In this document: positions 9,756 to 19,292 of the stretch, piece after piece
Layout of the letters: the number at the start of each line of letters is the position of its first letter
Numbering within the stretch: the stretch's first letter is position 1
Virus record (IMG/VR): IMGVR_UViG_3300015078_000001
Coordinates: 18,468 to 82,467 of that record
Reading direction: 5' to 3' (one strand)
Length of the DNA stretch: 64,000 nucleotides
Origin: a virus
Position numbers and translations under genes: made by a program
Notes under the pieces: model-generated
What the model was told of the DNA's origin: nothing
The model's input: only the letters and a program-made list of their open reading frames with translations
The model's database searches: none

Positions 9756-10457
9756 TTATTTAATAAATTTTAATGCAAATGATCCTATAGCAACTAGTGT
9801 CACTATTACAGTATTTCTTTTAGCTTTTCTTACTTGTACTTCCAGAACTTTCTTCTCAGCTACGCACACTTTAGATTGGTCGGTTATCTGAAGATTTAAC
9901 CCGTCAACCTGACTTTTTAAACTATTATTAACGTTCTGTAATCCGGTTAAAAGGGTGTTGGCGTTATCCGTCAACTTCTTCTGGTCTTCAATGTTACTTT
10001 TTAGTACAGGAACTTCTTCAAGAGAGTTAACCGTTGTTCTTGCTGTAGTTCCGGAAATCGTTACTCTATCTCCGGAAGTACTGAAATCATCGGGGTTAAC
10101 TTTGATTAAATCGGCCCATCGTTTAGAAAGCTCAGGTAAGGTAGAAGTATTATTTACAGATTGCTGTTTCTGAAGTGTAGCATTCCTGCTAGCAAGAGCC
10201 TGAAGTAAAGAGGTATTCTGAGCCGTTACCTGAGAGAGCAATGTTTCATATTTCTGTTGCTGAGTAGTTACTAAAGCCTGTAGTTCCTGGTTCTTACTTT
10301 CCTGTATGGCTAACGCCTGGTGTGCAGTATCGGCTTGTAGTGTTGCTACATGTTCTTCGTGATCTATCCACTTACTTCCAATAAAGAAAAGAACAACTGC
10401 CGCCACAAGAACTATGGCAAGATGTTTATGTGCTGTTAGAAATTCACTTACTGCCAT
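9756..10457 (-). CDS. Spanin-like (Rz-like) membrane-anchored coiled-coil protein
   Basis: N-terminal TM segment (LAIVLVAAVVLFFIG), long coiled coil, directly after the endolysin. Confidence 0.55.
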   Translation of the reverse strand: MAVSEFLTAHKHLAIVLVAAVVLFFIGSKWIDHEEHVATLQADTAHQALAIQESKNQELQALVTTQQQKYETLLSQVTAQNTSLLQALASRNATLQKQQSVNNTSTLPELSKRWADLIKVNPDDFSTSGDRVTISGTTARTTVNSLEEVPVLKSNIEDQKKLTDNANTLLTGLQNVNNSLKSQVDGLNLQITDQSKVCVAEKKVLEVQVRKAKRNTVIVTLVAIGSFALKFIK

Positions 10458-10888
10458 GTACCTAAACTCATTTGTGTTGAAAGTCTGGTAGCTCTCGCTC
10501 CAACCTGTGCCGCCCATCGGCTTTGAAGCATATTAACTGCCGCCGCAGGATAGTTACCTATACGTACAAGATCAATAGTATTTCGGAAAGAAAGTAGTTT
10601 ACTTATTCCCATATTGAAGCACATGTTTATCAACACAGCTTCTCTTATTTCATCTAACTGGAGTACCCAGGATAAAGCATGTATCAAAGAATTTTTAGCT
10701 ACACTTATATCCTGTACTAGCCACGTATCAGACTGTGCCTGAGATATAATCTGTCCTAATTCTAAACCTTCATTATGAGATTCACAATTATGACCAACAC
10801 CTGCCGTTAATATACCGAGACTATCCTTGTATACGTAAAGCTTCTGCCCTTCGTCGCGTTTCAACTGATCAACAAGATTTGTTACCAT
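10448..10888 (-). CDS. Endolysin (phage lysozyme, GH24-like)
   Basis: QLKRDEG..YVYKDSLGILTAGVGHN, VLINMCFNMG and SRWAAQVGARA motifs. Confidence 0.9.
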   Translation of the reverse strand: MVTNLVDQLKRDEGQKLYVYKDSLGILTAGVGHNCESHNEGLELGQIISQAQSDTWLVQDISVAKNSLIHALSWVLQLDEIREAVLINMCFNMGISKLLSFRNTIDLVRIGNYPAAAVNMLQSRWAAQVGARATRLSTQMSLGTWQ

Positions 10889-11229
10889 ATATCGTTAAAC
10901 GCTCCTTTTTTAGCAAGTCTCAACATAGCCTTGTTAAACAAAGGGCCGTGATGATTTTTTTCTTCCTGATCTAAAAGATGCAGGTCTAGATGTACGCATT
11001 CATGGAGTAAAACTAGCTTCCACATCCACGGAGCATATTTAAGCTTTTTGGATAACACTATCTCGTTAGGCTTGAAAAGATCGGAAGGGTTGTGACAGTA
11101 CCCTACTAGTTGTTCTCCGGCTACTGTTATGGTTTTACCTTTAGACCATCGTACAGTTACATCGTGTAGCCTACTATTGAAATACTTAGCATTATATTCA
11201 TCGAACTGTTTTTGCAGGTCTATTTTCAT
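10882..11229 (-). CDS. SprT-like zinc metalloprotease-domain protein
   Basis: FDEYNAKYFN...LLHECVH...HHGPLF (HExxH...HG). Confidence 0.75.
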   Translation of the reverse strand: MKIDLQKQFDEYNAKYFNSRLHDVTVRWSKGKTITVAGEQLVGYCHNPSDLFKPNEIVLSKKLKYAPWMWKLVLLHECVHLDLHLLDQEEKNHHGPLFNKAMLRLAKKGAFNDIW

Positions 11230-11230
11230 A

Positions 11231-11307
11231 TGGAGCTAACGGTAAGGAATCGAACCCTACGGCCCGTATATTACAAGTATACCGCTCTGCCTCTGAGCTA
11301 CGAAAGC
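11231..11307 (-). tRNA. tRNA-Thr(UGU), atypical
   Basis: Cloverleaf with anticodon loop CTTGTAA and encoded CCA; two T-T mismatches in the acceptor stem and a 6-bp T stem. Confidence 0.75.
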
Positions 11308-11464
11308 GTAAATTTTTGACAGACTTAATCGGCATCTGTCGTGAGCATCTCCGTGCAGCCGGAACATTTCTGTTCACTATTGGTGGAGCTTTAGAGATTT
11401 GAACTCTACTGAATTTTTCTTTGCAAAAGAAACGACCACCCCGAGCAGTCCCAAACCCCAATAA

Positions 11465-11650
11465 CTATTCCTCTACTACAATATCTATCTCAATACCATG
11501 TGTATTGTGTAACTTGTGTTGTGCTTCTTTCAGCTTATGGAACAGGACTTTTACCTTATGTTCCAGAACTGCCACTCTATGTTCCAGAGTACCGGTATCA
11601 CCGGTCTTGGCGGGTACATTAAATTCCAAATTCGTCGCTTCGTTACTCAT
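11465..11650 (-). CDS. Hypothetical protein
   Basis: 61-aa ORF with AAGGA RBS. Confidence 0.5.
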   Translation of the reverse strand: MSNEATNLEFNVPAKTGDTGTLEHRVAVLEHKVKVLFHKLKEAQHKLHNTHGIEIDIVVEE

Positions 11651-11702
11651 ATCATCCTTTAGATAAGATTGCCGTCAGGCTTTTACACCTGACGGCTTGT
11701 TA

Positions 11703-12335
11703 TTAAGCAGTAACTAAGAAGCTAGCCGCCTTCGAAGTCATACCGTTAACAGTAACTATAAAATCAGCAGGGATTGCCGACGCCACAGGAATTGCAAACG
11801 TTATGGAAGTATCAGACCAGGCCGAAACCTGAGCCTTCGCTCCACCAACAGTTACCGAACTCACACCCTGGATTGCTCCAAAGTTAAGACCGGAAACAGT
11901 TACGTTAGAGCCAATCGGCCCTGACGCAGGAGAGAAGCTGTTAATCACAGGTGGATTGCCCGGATTACCATTCTGAGGGACAGCGGTACCAAGCACGAAG
12001 CTCAGACTTGTTGCTGCTCCGCCTGTACCAACGCCAGCAACCACGTCGATCAAAACCGTAGCAACTGCAACACTAGTATCAAGAGTACCGTCAGCCTTTA
12101 GAGCCGAAGCAGTCAGAAGCAGGTTAGCCTGAAGCTTACTTGCACCAAAAATGAAACCAGACGCCAGCATACCCGCTGCGGGAGTAGCATCAGGAACAAT
12201 TGTTGCCGAAGCTAAATCAGCCGAAACAACGCTGATTGTGTCGCCAAGCGGCAACGCTGCCGGGGCGAGTTTAGAATCTAATCCACTAACTGAGTAGGAA
12301 ACCTTTTGATCGGTACCTAATTGAAAATTTGCCAT
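11703..12335 (-). CDS. IPT/TIG (Ig-like) domain protein, probably virion-surface
   Basis: C-terminal PVINSFSPASGPIGSNVTVSGLNFG...WSDTSITFAIP is a typical IPT/TIG signature. Confidence 0.8.
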   Translation of the reverse strand: MANFQLGTDQKVSYSVSGLDSKLAPAALPLGDTISVVSADLASATIVPDATPAAGMLASGFIFGASKLQANLLLTASALKADGTLDTSVAVATVLIDVVAGVGTGGAATSLSFVLGTAVPQNGNPGNPPVINSFSPASGPIGSNVTVSGLNFGAIQGVSSVTVGGAKAQVSAWSDTSITFAIPVASAIPADFIVTVNGMTSKAASFLVTA

Positions 12336-12502
12336 TTTTATATCTTTTATTACTTTATTTTACTTTACTACCTCTGTCATATCTGGTCTGTAGCCTTATA
12401 AATCCTATACTACCTTCTCAGAAAAGAAAAATCTAATGACAGGAATCCGGTTACACCGGTCTTGTACCTATTGGGTACAAACTTTTAAAAACTTATTAAT
12501 AA

Positions 12503-12576
12503 TGGTCTGGGTTAATTGAATCGAACAATTTCCACATGTTTCCAGAACACGGATGCGACCACTACACCAAACCCAG
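12503..12576 (-). tRNA. tRNA-Pro(UGG)-like, atypical anticodon loop
   Basis: CTGGGTT/AACCCAG acceptor, A73, CCA and TTCGATT T loop; anticodon loop TCTGGAA (C33, A37). Confidence 0.6.
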
Positions 12577-12832
12577 ATACTTACAAACTAAAGTTTGCGG
12601 GTCGCGGGTTTGGGTTAAATACCACTATATTACCTTTAAGGGTGTTATCTTACTTTCAAAGTATTGTTCTACTATTAGAACATCAGCGTCTATCTGATCC
12701 TGAGTATATAGCTTATTATCAGATTTGTTTATAACATCCTGGTATAGTCTTGTCCAGGCTTCATATACTTTGTCTACACTAGACATATTGTCCTTATATT
12801 AACACTGAGAGTCAGGGCCATATACGACCCCT

Positions 12833-13153
12833 TTAAAGATTTTTAATCCGTTTTAGTATTGATTTTACTAATTCAAATTTTTCCTCCGACTTGAAAAAGT
12901 GTTTTGCTATTTCCTTGCTTGTCCAGCCTAAACGCCAGTAATGATATGCTATCTGATATTTCAACCTAGATTCAGTAAATATCTTATCCTGAAGCTTCTT
13001 ATCATTATATACCCAGTCAGGAGCTTTGGTCTTAGTGGGTTTACGTAAACTCTTAGTCTGGAAGCCCGGTATGTGGATTGTTTTATGTTTTACACCTTCC
13101 TGGGTTATATCAGATGCCGAGGCATCGTACATCGGAATCTCCGATCTGTCCAT
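12833..13153 (-). CDS. Putative HTH DNA-binding protein
   Basis: YQIAYHYWRLGWTSKEIAKHF resembles a sigma region-4/HTH motif. Confidence 0.4.
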   Translation of the reverse strand: MDRSEIPMYDASASDITQEGVKHKTIHIPGFQTKSLRKPTKTKAPDWVYNDKKLQDKIFTESRLKYQIAYHYWRLGWTSKEIAKHFFKSEEKFELVKSILKRIKNL

Positions 13154-13958
13154 TTTCCGGACATGAATCCTTCCAGGTACTTTGTAATAGAAACAGAGTA
13201 TGCTCCAATCGTTCTGCTAATTCTTTTGACATTTTATCTAAAGCATCTACTGTTGCCGGATTAGACATACAGTAATCTTCTATTATGGCTAAGTATTCAT
13301 CATTGGTACAGTAATCCTCCCACATTGTACCTGTTACACTTCTGTTCTTTGAGACTTTGGTAGATTCAATCCCCATAACTTCCTATCCTCCCATTTCAGA
13401 ATATCGTACTGTTCTACTACTTCCCACTTACCTTCATCCTCTTCTATTGATATAATACTTCCCGGTTTAACTTTACTATTGTAATCAAGCCAGGTTAATA
13501 TAAAGACGTTATTACCTTTTGTATTATCAGGATTTCTAACTAACCGAAGTTTTGTCTGTATTCGCTTCATACCAGATATCCCTTCTTGTACGGTCGTCCA
13601 TTTTCCGGACATCGTTCACTTGTTCTTCTGCCATTACTCTTTCCTGAGTCCAGTTAGGGCCGTACCAGGTATCAAACATACCTAATACAAATACTATATC
13701 AGATATAGGTCGCCCACATATTATGGCGTTTCTAAAAGCATTTACAGCATTCACTATTAATTCAGCATCTTTAGGGTCTTTCACATATCCCTTAACTCCG
13801 ACATGGTTGGCTGTAAGTATAAGATTATCTCCATAATATCTAGATTCCGGAGTTTCGGGAACATCTTTCTTTAAATCTCCGTTCTCTAATTTCCATAATG
13901 GTTCTTCTTTATACGCTATCCATTTACCAGACATCAATTGTTCTGCTTTTATCTCCAT
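13110..13958 (-). CDS. Three overlapping small hypothetical genes (13110-13376, 13334-13612, 13536-13958)
   Basis: ORF track; co-oriented and overlapping. Confidence 0.45.
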
Positions 13959-14143
13959 TATATCTCCGTACTCATTTGTATTCTGTGTATAAGGTATTCT
14001 CCAACCAATTTAGAGAAATGCCTGCCGATACAGAAGTTAGCTATAGAATTGGCAGCCTGTATATCTTTATCATCCATTCTGCCAAATTTCGAGCATTCGG
14101 ATAAAGGCAGTACTACTATTGGTTTTTCTATTTCTTTATTCAT
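13958..14143 (-). CDS. Hypothetical protein, probably leaderless
   Basis: ATG (MNKEIEKP) lies 7 nt downstream of a consensus -10 box. Confidence 0.55.
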   Translation of the reverse strand: MNKEIEKPIVVLPLSECSKFGRMDDKDIQAANSIANFCIGRHFSKLVGEYLIHRIQMSTEI

Positions 14144-14149
14144 AATACT

Positions 14150-14178
14150 ATTATACACAGCCCACTAGTGCATGTCAA
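14150..14178 (-). promoter_or_regulatory. Consensus sigma70-type promoter driving the leftward operon
   Basis: TTGACA-17 nt-TATAAT, exact consensus on the minus strand. Confidence 0.85.
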
Positions 14179-15173
14179 ATCTAAGTTCCAGGGACGTTAT
14201 AAGGTAGTAGAAGTGTACCGTCCCAGATGGTACCTTATTAAAGGAAACAGGACTGGCTTGTACTTTTTGTATATTGGTGTATATTGGCGTATACCTGTGC
14301 AGGCCGAGGGTATTACCAAGTCACCCAAGCCCGCTCCCCCTACTCAAAGGGGGTTGATCCCCCTGCCTAGTCTAGCTAAATCGTAAAGTAGTACTCCCTA
14401 GATATAAATATAATCATATCTAAGACTTAGCTCAGGATATAAACCCGAGAATTCTCGCATTTTAGGCCAATTGGCGTATACTTGAGAAAACAGCTATTTT
14501 GTGAATATACAGTTTGGCGTATACTTTTGCGAATGACGTAAAACAGGGGAAAATAGAATGGAGTGGTGGACTAGGTAACCCTATGGTAATCCCATAGATA
14601 TATTTACGCTGATATCTACGCCAATTGTATATTTATACCTGTAATCGGACCGCGATTCCGCCTTTTCAACGCAATCCGCTGATTCCAAAGGCTTTACGCG
14701 ATATCGCCGAAACGCTCAAAACCTGTCAAGCCCCTTTTTTCGCTTTGTTTTGAATGAGTTAGAGCCGGTCGCCGAAACACCGTGCTAGATTGCATTCACC
14801 GCAACGGAGCAGCGGCAAACATGAAAATCACTATCTACCCCGACAATAAACAAAATATCCACGTATCTGAAGTGCTAGCAATGCCCGTACATATTCCGGT
14901 ATATTTTGAAGTGTTTAACGGGACATACGAGTATTACATTTACGTCTAGTCACTATCGGGCACACTCACCGAGTGTTTCCGAGTAGAAACTAGCGTCCAA
15001 CACTGGCTGAATGCAAAGAGACGGTCTGAGACACGGGGAATACCCCTTAGCATATCTCAGGCTGTTAGATGCCGTGAAAAACTGGTATAAGTCTGGTTTA
15101 CCTGTAGGGGAATACGCTTTGGGAAATAGTTAAAAGCCTTTGTTATCAGGCATTTAGCCTTCCCTTGATTCCG

Positions 15174-15622
15174 CCGGTATGTGTAAAGCCTTTACAGGGT
15201 GCATGTTAGTTAGCGGTCTCTGAGTCTAAACGGGATTACTCACGGTTACGACCGTCACCGTCACAGAGTCTGACATGTATCCTGTTAAGGTTTTACTGGT
15301 ATCATACCGGGGATAAGCTACTACGGGATGGAAGAGCATGACAGGGTAATCTCAATACCCTATGTGATTGAATAGACTTCGCCTATGGTTAAAGCGGATT
15401 TATAACCCGCCCAGAATCGGCCTGTATTTGAGCAACGGATACAGGCGTTATCCGGTTAGCACTATGCGAGTTAGGTCAATCCATGAGAACAAGCAATCCG
15501 ATTGTCGGTTGTGAACGGTCAACGGGAAACAAACCCGAAGGGCAAACCGAATGACATCTAGGATTTATCCTACACACTCGATACAGGATTACACACGGTG
15601 ATTACCGTGTCATGCTCTTCCA
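15174..15622 (+). ncRNA. Putative structured RNA with two long stems
   Basis: 15174-15208 pairs with 15271-15310 (G-U pairs); 15329-15350 pairs with 15601-15622 (22 bp, 1 mismatch); no ORF of 60 aa or more. Confidence 0.55.
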
Positions 15623-15649
15623 ATGGCAGTCTAACAGGGTAATTACCCT

Positions 15650-15841
15650 TTGGAGGATAGTTTGAGATATCTCGTAATCGCAGTATTGCTCATGTCCGCT
15701 ATGTGCCTGGGAGAGTCAAAGCAGATTCTTCAGGTGAAGAGAATTAACCCGTCGAATGTGGTTCTCTCCTGTGCCAACGGAGCTGATCCAACGGGGAAAG
15801 AGATAAGCAAGCATGTATTGCTTATCAGTTGCGGGGAATAA
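15650..15841 (+). CDS. Small secreted/membrane protein
   Basis: Signal-peptide-like LVIAVLLMSAMCLG; a GGAGG RBS points to a start a few codons into the ORF. Confidence 0.5.
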   Translation: MEDSLRYLVIAVLLMSAMCLGESKQILQVKRINPSNVVLSCANGADPTGKEISKHVLLISCGE

Positions 15842-16016
15842 ATAGTAAACACGGTGAAGTGATTACCGTGTTAGGCTGCTAAGTTCTTTCAAGTCTTAGG
15901 GAAATAGGTTCGCTATGATGTCCATTTACTGGACATGATAGGGAATCTACGGATATCCCAACGGGAGTAAACCCTAAAAAAATCAGGACATACGCAAGTA
16001 TGTGAAGTAAATTAAC

Positions 16017-16421
16017 ATGGCTAACCCGATTAACCCGACAACGGGCAAAGAATACACTATCGCGGAACTTATGGCGAAGGTCGCCGAACTTGAGGCCCAG
16101 GCCGCCGCGAAGAACACGCTTTTCATGGGTGTTTCCGAAGAGACCGGCGTTATCTGCTTGTACGGTCTTCAGAAATTCCCCGTTTCCCTTCACCGGGAGC
16201 AATGGGAACGTGTCATCTCTCCCGAAACCCAGGCACTGGTCAAAGGATTCATCTCGAATCCCGATGTGATCACACTGACGCCTGGCAAAGCAAGCGCCGA
16301 AGATGCCAAAAAGAACGCGGCTACTCTGCGCAAGGCAAGTCAGAAACAGCTCAACGGATTGCCGATTGTACGCCGGCAGTCCGCTGAAACCAAAGCGAAG
16401 TTTGCTAAGGCATCGGCGTAG
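16017..16421 (+). CDS. Early protein, coiled coil plus VSExxGVxxYGLxxFPVxLxxEQW family
   Basis: Motif GVSEETGVICLYGLQKFPVSLHREQWERV. Confidence 0.7.
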   Translation: MANPINPTTGKEYTIAELMAKVAELEAQAAAKNTLFMGVSEETGVICLYGLQKFPVSLHREQWERVISPETQALVKGFISNPDVITLTPGKASAEDAKKNAATLRKASQKQLNGLPIVRRQSAETKAKFAKASA

Positions 16422-16476
16422 TATTGTTAGGCCGGATACTAACCTATCCGGCTTATAGAGTACTATTCAAGATGTT

Positions 16477-16716
16477 ATGAACAACACAATCATGTCCCGT
16501 CCATTAAGCGGAAACGCTTTGTTAGGCGCAATCAGGCGCATTCAAAACCATTTTACCGGCGTACATCGGTACAGGCCGGTATGTGGTGCGGTCGCAGTAA
16601 CATTCGCCGATGGTATGACTTTTGCCCATCGGTCAGCCAGGGAACTTCGGCATATCAGGCCCGTAGCAGAACGTATCGACGCAGAGTACAAACGGCATAG
16701 CAAGGCGAAAGAGTAA
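16477..16716 (+). CDS. Hypothetical early protein
   Basis: 79-aa ORF flanked by long hairpins. Confidence 0.5.
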   Translation: MNNTIMSRPLSGNALLGAIRRIQNHFTGVHRYRPVCGAVAVTFADGMTFAHRSARELRHIRPVAERIDAEYKRHSKAKE

Positions 16717-17826
16717 CATGACGGAGCATATACTTCGCTGTATGCTTCGATGATATTACTCTAAATGGAGAAAACATGGAATATACAATAAGGGAATCTC
16801 AGCCTATGACGGATGATACTGTTACTTGTCCGCATTGTGGTGCAATAACCTGTATTGCAGTACCCTGCCCACGTTGCGGGAAAATCAGTTAGTCCAGTAA
16901 ATGGACATGGCCGATATCCTTCGGGGTATCGGCTTTCTTTTTGTCTGGAGTATTCGCTTTTTGTACGCCTGGCGGAAAACGCGCCAGGATGCCCTATAAA
17001 CGCTCGACAGCATTTTGAGCATGTACCCTGCGTGGATCAATGCAAACGGGCCTGTATCGGCCACGGAGGCATCAAAAACCCGTATCCTGGTGACCGATTG
17101 AACCCCTGCCGTTCACGTTCCGCCGAATGACCGCTAGAATTTCCCCTGAATTTCCATCCTACCTATACTCTATAAGTCAAGGTATTTATTCAAAATACCA
17201 TATAAAAATCCTCAAAATACTACAAATTGTATACAAAATATAGTTTTTTGTATATGTTTTATAATATATTCGATGCTATTATATAGCCCTGGCATAGTAA
17301 TAGCCGTGCCCTGGCCGGCGAGCCGATGTCCGGAAAATGGACATAAACCGAATCGAATCAGCGGTTTAGCGGCGATGCCGCACCGTCCTGAGCAATTTCA
17401 GGGCCAAAATCTGTCAAGCCCCAAACGAAAAAAAATTTCTCGTTTGTTTTCAACGGTTTACAGCCGAAAATTTTTTGCGGCTCCGTTGTTTGCAGTCGGT
17501 CGTGCGACAATGGTGTTGCGCCAAAGCCCGTGTATAGCAGGGCAGGGAAGGAAAGATGGCACAACCAATACGGGTAAGAGTAACTAAGCCGCTAATGAAG
17601 TCTACCTGGAATCCTGGTAAGATGAACAGGAAAATAAAGGTAAATGCGGCTAAGAACAAACTTAATGAGTTTGGGAATAGGGAGGCTGTAAAATGAATAC
17701 TAAAGTACTAGCCTTTGAAGAACGTAAATCAAGGTTTTTACTATACACTATGGAAAAACCTTATAAGTTTGTATGGGCGGAAAGTTTAGGATGTTGGATG
17801 GCGTTTAGGTTAGCAAACTTACCAGT

Positions 17827-18880
17827 TGTATGGTAGCCTGTACTTACAGGCAAGCTACAGGAATTAACTCCCTGTATCTTGCTGGTAAGTATAGATTAGT
17901 CAGCGCGGTACTTGAATCCTAAAGAGTATACCGGGTGTCTTACGAGACATAAAGCCTGGTATTCAGGGTGATAAATTCAGAGCACCCAACAAGTACAGTC
18001 CATACATTTATCCGGCCATAGGCCGTAGTATAGGGCAAAAGTAGCCGCTATCATACTTGCAAGTCACGGAAGTGGCGACCAATGATGGGTATAAACAATT
18101 TGTCTGGGGTACTTTCAGCGTAGCTTTTGCTTATTTCTCTACGTTCTTTCAGCCTTGAGACACCTGCAAACATAATCCCGATTAATTCGGAATTGCACTA
18201 GTGTGCATATTGCATGTTTATATCTATCATTGGTTGCCATTTCGCAGGCATTCTATGATGTATACAATCAATATCAGGGTTATCTTATCACCTCCTAATG
18301 TATAATCCCTGTATTTGAGTTAAACTCCTCCAATAGTGCGGATAGGACTTCACTATTGCAGTGATTGTATATATCATAGAGTGCCTATTTATGGCGTTCT
18401 ATAGAGTAGATAATAGGGTCGTTAGCGGAGAAATTACCAGCAAGTGCGTAGGAAAACGGTAGTAAGCTTCGTAAGATATCCATTGATTGAATTCCTACCT
18501 TTGAGATATTCACTATTGTCTATTCTATAGAGCGTCATACGTGGCGAGGTAGTTTAATTCTGTAACAATGCTATACGGCAATTAGGGGAGCCGATAACCA
18601 CTCCATTAACATCAGGTTATCATACTTACCTAATATCAGGTAGAAAACATTGTCAGCTAAATTAGAAAGGGTCTGTCCCTTCTAGTCCTGGCAACAAGAT
18701 TCTGTCGGCTGTATAGATCAGGAATAGAATTGGCTATCTTTCCGGGCTGCTCCTGATTATAATTAATCGAGAGGCCGTTTAACCGAGTGTAGGTTTAATG
18801 CTATAGGCATATAGATTGCCGATAGTATACTCTATACTCAGTTAAGCGGCCTTTCTTTTGGTTATAACAGGGCAGCCTAG
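17827..18880 (+). ncRNA. Putative giant structured non-coding RNA locus
   Basis: About 1.05 kb with no credible ORF; four long duplexes of 25-30+ bp, many short hairpins, an 11-bp long-range pairing; wobbles are G-U on the + strand. Confidence 0.7.
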
Positions 18881-18994
18881 AGAAGGGAAGCCTTGAGAGG
18901 TAACGACTGCCGGGAGACCGAAAACGATACTTCTCCCCTTCCTATGAGCAATTATGTCCAGAAAATGGACAGATTGTTGATAGGAGAGGAAAAT

Positions 18995-19279
18995 ATGGCT
19001 AAAATTACAATTAGTGAAGGCCTGACCTGGCTTAAAACCCTGGAGAAACGTCATGCAGAACTTGTAAGATTGCGTGATAATAATTCAAAATCAGTATCGT
19101 CGAACTATAACGGTGCTGTTACTACTCAGGTACCTGAGTATAATGCCAAAGAACTTGATAAGCGTATCACATTGCTTGCCAGAGAACTAAGGCTTTGTGA
19201 AACAGCTATCAAGAAAGCTAACGCTGTTACAGTTTTGGAATATCACCAGGATGATAATGTTCTCGGTGAATTGGTTTAA
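18995..19279 (+). CDS. Helical protein resembling DIP1984/DUF6847-like family
   Basis: MAKITISEGL...IKKANAVTVL pattern; all-helical; GGAGAGGA RBS. Confidence 0.45.
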   Translation: MAKITISEGLTWLKTLEKRHAELVRLRDNNSKSVSSNYNGAVTTQVPEYNAKELDKRITLLARELRLCETAIKKANAVTVLEYHQDDNVLGELV

Positions 19280-19292
19280 TTAAGTTTAAGTT

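Noticed and set aside
16855-17659. ORFs 16855-17130, 17273-17587, 17358-17564 and 17450-17659
   Set aside because: No convincing RBS, they overlap promoter-like or repeat DNA, and the composition is unlike the phage's genes.
17985-18005. AAGTACAGTCC resembling the group I intron S element
   Set aside because: No matching upstream GACUG P7 strand and no interrupted gene.
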